Shown one piece after another: positions 59,585 through 63,594 of a DNA stretch of 63,594 nt. A model generated the notes under the pieces. The model searched no databases. It was not told the origin of the DNA and saw nothing but the letters and a program-made list of their open reading frames with translations. Origin of the DNA: a virus. Taxonomy: Duplodnaviria > Caudoviricetes. The stretch spans positions 1 through 63,594 of the IMG/VR virus record IMGVR_UViG_3300020442_001396, one strand, 5' to 3'. The first letter of the stretch is position 1, and each line of letters starts with the position of its first letter. A program made the position numbers and the translations under genes.

Positions 59585-60615
59585 TGTTAGGAACTTATTC
59601 ATACCACGAAATCTTTCGTAAAACTATTGTTGCGTTTGGAACTTTATTCAACAATATTGAACTTCGTCGTCAAGATGAAGTGATGAAGGTGCCTTTGGCA
59701 TACGGACCAAAAGACAAGTTCCTGGCGCGTCTAGACCAAGTACCTGACCCTACAAACAAACGGGTTCAAATTACTCTACCCCGTATCGGGTTTGAGATCA
59801 CTGGTGTTAACTACGATTCTGCTAGAAAAGTATCACCTACACAAAAAATTAAAGTAGCAAGTTCCAGTACAAAAAATAAAAATGTTTTCATGCCTGTGCC
59901 ATATAACATAGGTTTTGAACTAGCAATCATCTCTAAAAATCAGGAAGATGGTTTGCAAATCTTAGAACAAATTTTACCAGTATTCCAACCTCATTATAAT
60001 CTTGCAGTTAAGTTGCTGCCTGAGATGAGCGAGATCAGAGATATCCCTATTGTACTAAACAATATTGACTACGAAGATTCTTACGAGGGAGATTTTGCAA
60101 CAAGAAGAGCAATCATTTACACATTGACTTTTACTGCAAAGACTTACTTATACGGTCCTGTTACAGAACCAAAGGTCATCAAGAAAGCAAACGTCGAATA
60201 CTATACAAACACAGACGTCAACAAAGCACCAAGAGAAGTACGTTATCAAGCAACACCTACATCCTTACAGGATAGAGATGGAGTTGTTGTTACTACTCTT
60301 ACTTCTGCTACAGATGCAAATGATAATCTGATAGCAGTTGCTGATGCTAGTGGTATCACTAAGTTTGATAGTATCTACATTGATAGTGAACTAATCAGAG
60401 TACAGAAAATCTCTGGTAATAATCTTACAGTTCTTAGAGCATATGAAGGATCTACTGCTGCAGCACACACTAATGGTTCTAGTGTATTCTTAGTCAATCA
60501 AGCAGATGCTGATCTCCTAGATAGTGATGACGACTTCGGTTTTGGTGAAATGACTGCATCATTTAGTGATAATAAGAAGAAGAACTTTGTAAGTGGTAAT
60601 GATGAGGCAATTTAA
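59584..60615 (+). CDS. gp15: tail sheath stabiliser/terminator gp15
   Basis: FGTLFNNI, VPLAYGPKDKF, TLPRIGFE, QILEQILPVFQP. Confidence 0.93.
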   Translation: MLGTYSYHEIFRKTIVAFGTLFNNIELRRQDEVMKVPLAYGPKDKFLARLDQVPDPTNKRVQITLPRIGFEITGVNYDSARKVSPTQKIKVASSSTKNKNVFMPVPYNIGFELAIISKNQEDGLQILEQILPVFQPHYNLAVKLLPEMSEIRDIPIVLNNIDYEDSYEGDFATRRAIIYTLTFTAKTYLYGPVTEPKVIKKANVEYYTNTDVNKAPREVRYQATPTSLQDRDGVVVTTLTSATDANDNLIAVADASGITKFDSIYIDSELIRVQKISGNNLTVLRAYEGSTAAAHTNGSSVFLVNQADADLLDSDDDFGFGEMTASFSDNKKKNFVSGNDEAI

Positions 60616-61043
60616 TGAGCGATCCTTTTGGCGGTTTGAATGATGCATTCGGAGCAGAACCCTCCGAACTACAGAAACATGTTGAGAGTGTAAAACCAAC
60701 ACTTAAGAAATCCGACACACAAGATGTTAAGCAAGACTACGAAGTGAGTCGAGCACAACTACATAATCTTGTCATGAAAGGTCAGGAGGCAGTTGATGGG
60801 ATACTTGACGTGGCGAGATCATCGGATCATCCTCGAGCTTATGAAGTTGCAGGGCAACTTATCAAAAATGTGGGAGATGTAGCAGACAAGTTAATCGATC
60901 TTCAAAAGAAGATGAAAGAACTTGATGATGAATCTACTAAGGTCACAAACAATACTACTAACGCTTTGTTCGTTGGTAGCACTGCTGAGTTGCAAAAAAT
61001 GCTGAAGCAACAAAAGGACCTAAATAAAAAGGACACGAAATAA
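60615..61043 (+). CDS. gp16: terminase small subunit gp16
   Basis: DYEVSR, HPRAYEVAGQLIK, NNTTNALFVGSTAELQKML. Confidence 0.93.
   Translation: MSDPFGGLNDAFGAEPSELQKHVESVKPTLKKSDTQDVKQDYEVSRAQLHNLVMKGQEAVDGILDVARSSDHPRAYEVAGQLIKNVGDVADKLIDLQKKMKELDDESTKVTNNTTNALFVGSTAELQKMLKQQKDLNKKDTK
61020..61026 (+). promoter_or_regulatory. T4-type late promoter
   Basis: CTAAATA. Confidence 0.6.
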
Positions 61044-61055
61044 CACGACACGACA

Positions 61056-61595
61056 ATGCCCGTATTAAAAGTATTAAGTACTAATGCTATTGCAGGATCT
61101 GGAACTGAATATCAAGTAGTACAAACTGGATACTATAGAGTGCTTGCCACTGCAGCAGCATCTACAGTATCATTTAATGGTGGACCTGCTATCACACTGG
61201 TACAAAACGAAGCACTCCTCCTTAAATCAGGAGCAAAACCTGGTCAAGCAAGAATTATTAAAGCAGTGTCTGATAGCACTGCTGATTATCAACTTGGAAC
61301 TAACATCGGTGAGATGACTAATACTCACCCATTCTCTGTTGATGATTTCATCGCTGTAGAAGATGACGGTACATCTCCTGCAATCGATTCAAACTTTCTA
61401 TCTGCAGGAACTGTAGGTAAGAAAGTTACTGCTGTAACTCCTAACTCTATTAGCACTGATGTTGATTCATCTAGTGCTTCTGCTGATTACACATATGCAT
61501 ACTCTGGTAAGCAAGCAGTGGTCAAGCGTGCAGTTAAGATTACTGCAGGTTCTGGTGCAATCATCGTTGAAGAGGTTCAAGTAGTCGGAGGTTAA
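61056..61595 (+). CDS. hypothetical, probably structural, beta-rich protein
   Basis: ORF track. Confidence 0.8.
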   Translation: MPVLKVLSTNAIAGSGTEYQVVQTGYYRVLATAAASTVSFNGGPAITLVQNEALLLKSGAKPGQARIIKAVSDSTADYQLGTNIGEMTNTHPFSVDDFIAVEDDGTSPAIDSNFLSAGTVGKKVTAVTPNSISTDVDSSSASADYTYAYSGKQAVVKRAVKITAGSGAIIVEEVQVVGG

Positions 61596-61596
61596 G

Positions 61597-62262
61597 ATGG
61601 GAGTCGTTAACCAGAAGGCAGAAAAAATTGTAAAGGCGATGAAGCGTAAAAAGAAAAGTTTCAATCGTCTTTACGGTGATGATGCTAAGAGCGTCATGTA
61701 CGCAACAGCAAACAAACTAGCACAAAAAGAAAACCTAAAAGTTATGTACTACAAAGACTTTATTAAACTCGTAGAAGGTAACCCAACTACTAGAATGCTA
61801 ACCAAGTCTAAGACACAACAGACTGGTAATATTTCTGCTGATCGTGGAACTGACGAAAAGAAAAACAGAGAGAGTAGAAAGTCTCTTGAAAAAGATTTAA
61901 AGAAGAAAGGAATTGGATACAAAAAAGGCGTTGGTGAATATAAATATTCATCAGGCGAAGGCACAGGACGTGAGGTGTCATACCAAACAAGTCCTGGAAA
62001 AGGAATGTCTAAGAGACGTTTCGGTAAAGTCATGCGTCGTCTCGGTAGAAAGCATGGTCAGGAATCTGTAATCACAAAAGATAAGGATAAACCTGCAAGA
62101 CTGCATGATACTGAGTCTAAGCAAGGTAAAGCAAGCAAGTCTATGAACGTAGGCAAGTCAAAACCTGGCAAGAACCCATCTGGTATGGGTGAAACCTCTG
62201 GCACAAAAGTCAGAAAAGGTAAACTAGGTAAAACCAACAAACCCGCATATCACTATGGCTAG
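61597..62262 (+). CDS. very basic protein, putative internal head protein
   Basis: Lys-rich; internal MYYKDFIKLVE resembles the T4 capsid-targeting/cleavage sequence. Confidence 0.75.
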   Translation: MGVVNQKAEKIVKAMKRKKKSFNRLYGDDAKSVMYATANKLAQKENLKVMYYKDFIKLVEGNPTTRMLTKSKTQQTGNISADRGTDEKKNRESRKSLEKDLKKKGIGYKKGVGEYKYSSGEGTGREVSYQTSPGKGMSKRRFGKVMRRLGRKHGQESVITKDKDKPARLHDTESKQGKASKSMNVGKSKPGKNPSGMGETSGTKVRKGKLGKTNKPAYHYG

Positions 62263-63594
62263 TTCAATGAAATGTGCACCTGTAACTAAGGGTGAAAAAA
62301 GATACTGCAGACTATGTGGTAAAAAAGAAACTCGCGGTCAGTGTGCGTATGGTGGTAGAATGTGGGATAGATATGCAGTAAAGGATGCAACTGAAGGTGA
62401 AAGAAAAGATGCAGCAGAAGAATCTGGTATCACCAATGGGTCTTCTGAAGGTGGTGAAGGAGGCATGTCGGAACATTGGATCGACAAGTTCTCACAAGGG
62501 ATTCTCGAAGCGAACAAAAGCGGTGATAGTTCTCTCCGTGACTGGTTTAGCAAGAGTAAGTCTTCTGATGGCAAGCCTGGTTGGGTGCAACTCGGTGGTA
62601 AATTTGCAGGAAAACCCTGTGCCAAACAACCTGGACAAACCACCAAACCAAAATGCGGTTCCAGTAAGATGAAAAGAAACCTAAATAAGAAAGAGGAGGA
62701 TGCTGCCTTTCGTCGCAAAAATGCACAAGATCCTAATCCAGATAGAAAAGGAAAAGCAATTAACGTGAAAACAGAATCTACACAAATACACGAAGGCGAA
62801 AAAGACGCATGTTACCATAAGGTAAAGTCTCGTTATTCAGTTTGGCCAAGTGCTTATGCAAGCGGTGCACTTGTCAAATGCCGAAAAGTTGGTGCAAAGA
62901 ATTGGGGTAACAAGAGTAAGAAAGAAGAGTTTGAAGGACTCAAATCTTTCTCTGAGTTCCAAGCAGAATGTTGGAAAACACACAAAAAAGTTGGTATGAA
63001 AATGAAGGGTGGTAAGTTAGTAAACGACTGTCGCCCTAAGAATGAAGAAGCAGAAGTGTATTGGTCTAGTAAAGCATTAGATGACTTAGAAAATCTGCAG
63101 AATGAAGCAAAGGTAGATAAAGGTCGTAGCGATTACGGTAAAGCATCTATCAGAAACTATAGAAGAAGTGGACCTGGGCATGATGATCCTGGCATGTTTG
63201 ACCCTGAGGGTAAACGAGGTAAAACTATTGAGAAACGTAGGGAAGAGCACAAGGCACGTCGTGGTGTGAAAGGTGCTAAAGTTCCTGCATACAATAGAGA
63301 AGAAACCTCTTTTGAAGAAGCGAAGAAGTGTTGGAAAGGTTATGAGAAAAAAGGCACTCAAAAACTTTTTGGCAAAACGTACAACCGCTGCGTAAAAAAA
63401 GAGGAGACTACTAATGTCGAAGAAGGAGCAGCATGGACAAAAAAGTCAGGACAGAATAAAGAAGGAGGACTCAACGAAAAAGGACGTAAGTCTTACGAAA
63501 GAGAAAATCCAGGATCTGACCTTAAAGCACCTTCAAAGAAGGTTGGAAATCCCAGACGGGCATCCTTCTGTGCAAGAATGAAAGGTATGAGAAA
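62255..63594 (+). CDS. modular basic protein, at least 446 aa, truncated by the window end (putative internal-head polyprotein)
   Basis: translated manually from ATG 62255 (MASSMKCAPVTKGEKRYC...); no stop before the window end; absent from the ORF track. Confidence 0.85.
   Translation, partial: MASSMKCAPVTKGEKRYCRLCGKKETRGQCAYGGRMWDRYAVKDATEGERKDAAEESGITNGSSEGGEGGMSEHWIDKFSQGILEANKSGDSSLRDWFSKSKSSDGKPGWVQLGGKFAGKPCAKQPGQTTKPKCGSSKMKRNLNKKEEDAAFRRKNAQDPNPDRKGKAINVKTESTQIHEGEKDACYHKVKSRYSVWPSAYASGALVKCRKVGAKNWGNKSKKEEFEGLKSFSEFQAECWKTHKKVGMKMKGGKLVNDCRPKNEEAEVYWSSKALDDLENLQNEAKVDKGRSDYGKASIRNYRRSGPGHDDPGMFDPEGKRGKTIEKRREEHKARRGVKGAKVPAYNREETSFEEAKKCWKGYEKKGTQKLFGKTYNRCVKKEETTNVEEGAAWTKKSGQNKEGGLNEKGRKSYERENPGSDLKAPSKKVGNPRRASFCARMKGMR

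Noticed and set aside
12455-63361. Many 60-156 aa ORFs in alternative frames or on the minus strand inside structural genes
   Set aside because: Shadow ORFs produced by the biased codon usage of long Gly/Thr/Ser-rich genes; no motifs or expression signals seen.

Overview
All-plus-strand, AT-rich segment of a T4-like cyanomyovirus (Kyanoviridae type; a Prochlorococcus/Synechococcus host is inferred from gene content and order). Bases 1-~11,400 are a hypervariable early region of about 45 mostly tiny ORFs, plus a 2OG-Fe(II) oxygenase and an SF2 helicase. It is organised into cassettes by 12 copies of a palindromic GTGNCA-N10-TGNCAC box placed 29-31 bp upstream of a -10 element, and it holds two promoter-driven structured RNA candidates. 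Bases ~11,400-63,594 are the late structural module: PAAR-like spike, gp25, gp6, a 6385-aa gp7-position giant protein, two Cu-site/YHYH proteins, gp8, a VrlC-like protein, a 2027-aa fibre, gp13-gp16 and basic putative internal-head polyproteins. The most striking observation is that the giant virion protein carries three phycobiliprotein-like (globin-fold) repeats that keep the bilin-attachment Cys-x-x-Asp in register, which suggests a chromophorylated, possibly light-responsive baseplate. All similarity calls are by eye from remembered family motifs; no database searches were run, so novelty is unverified.
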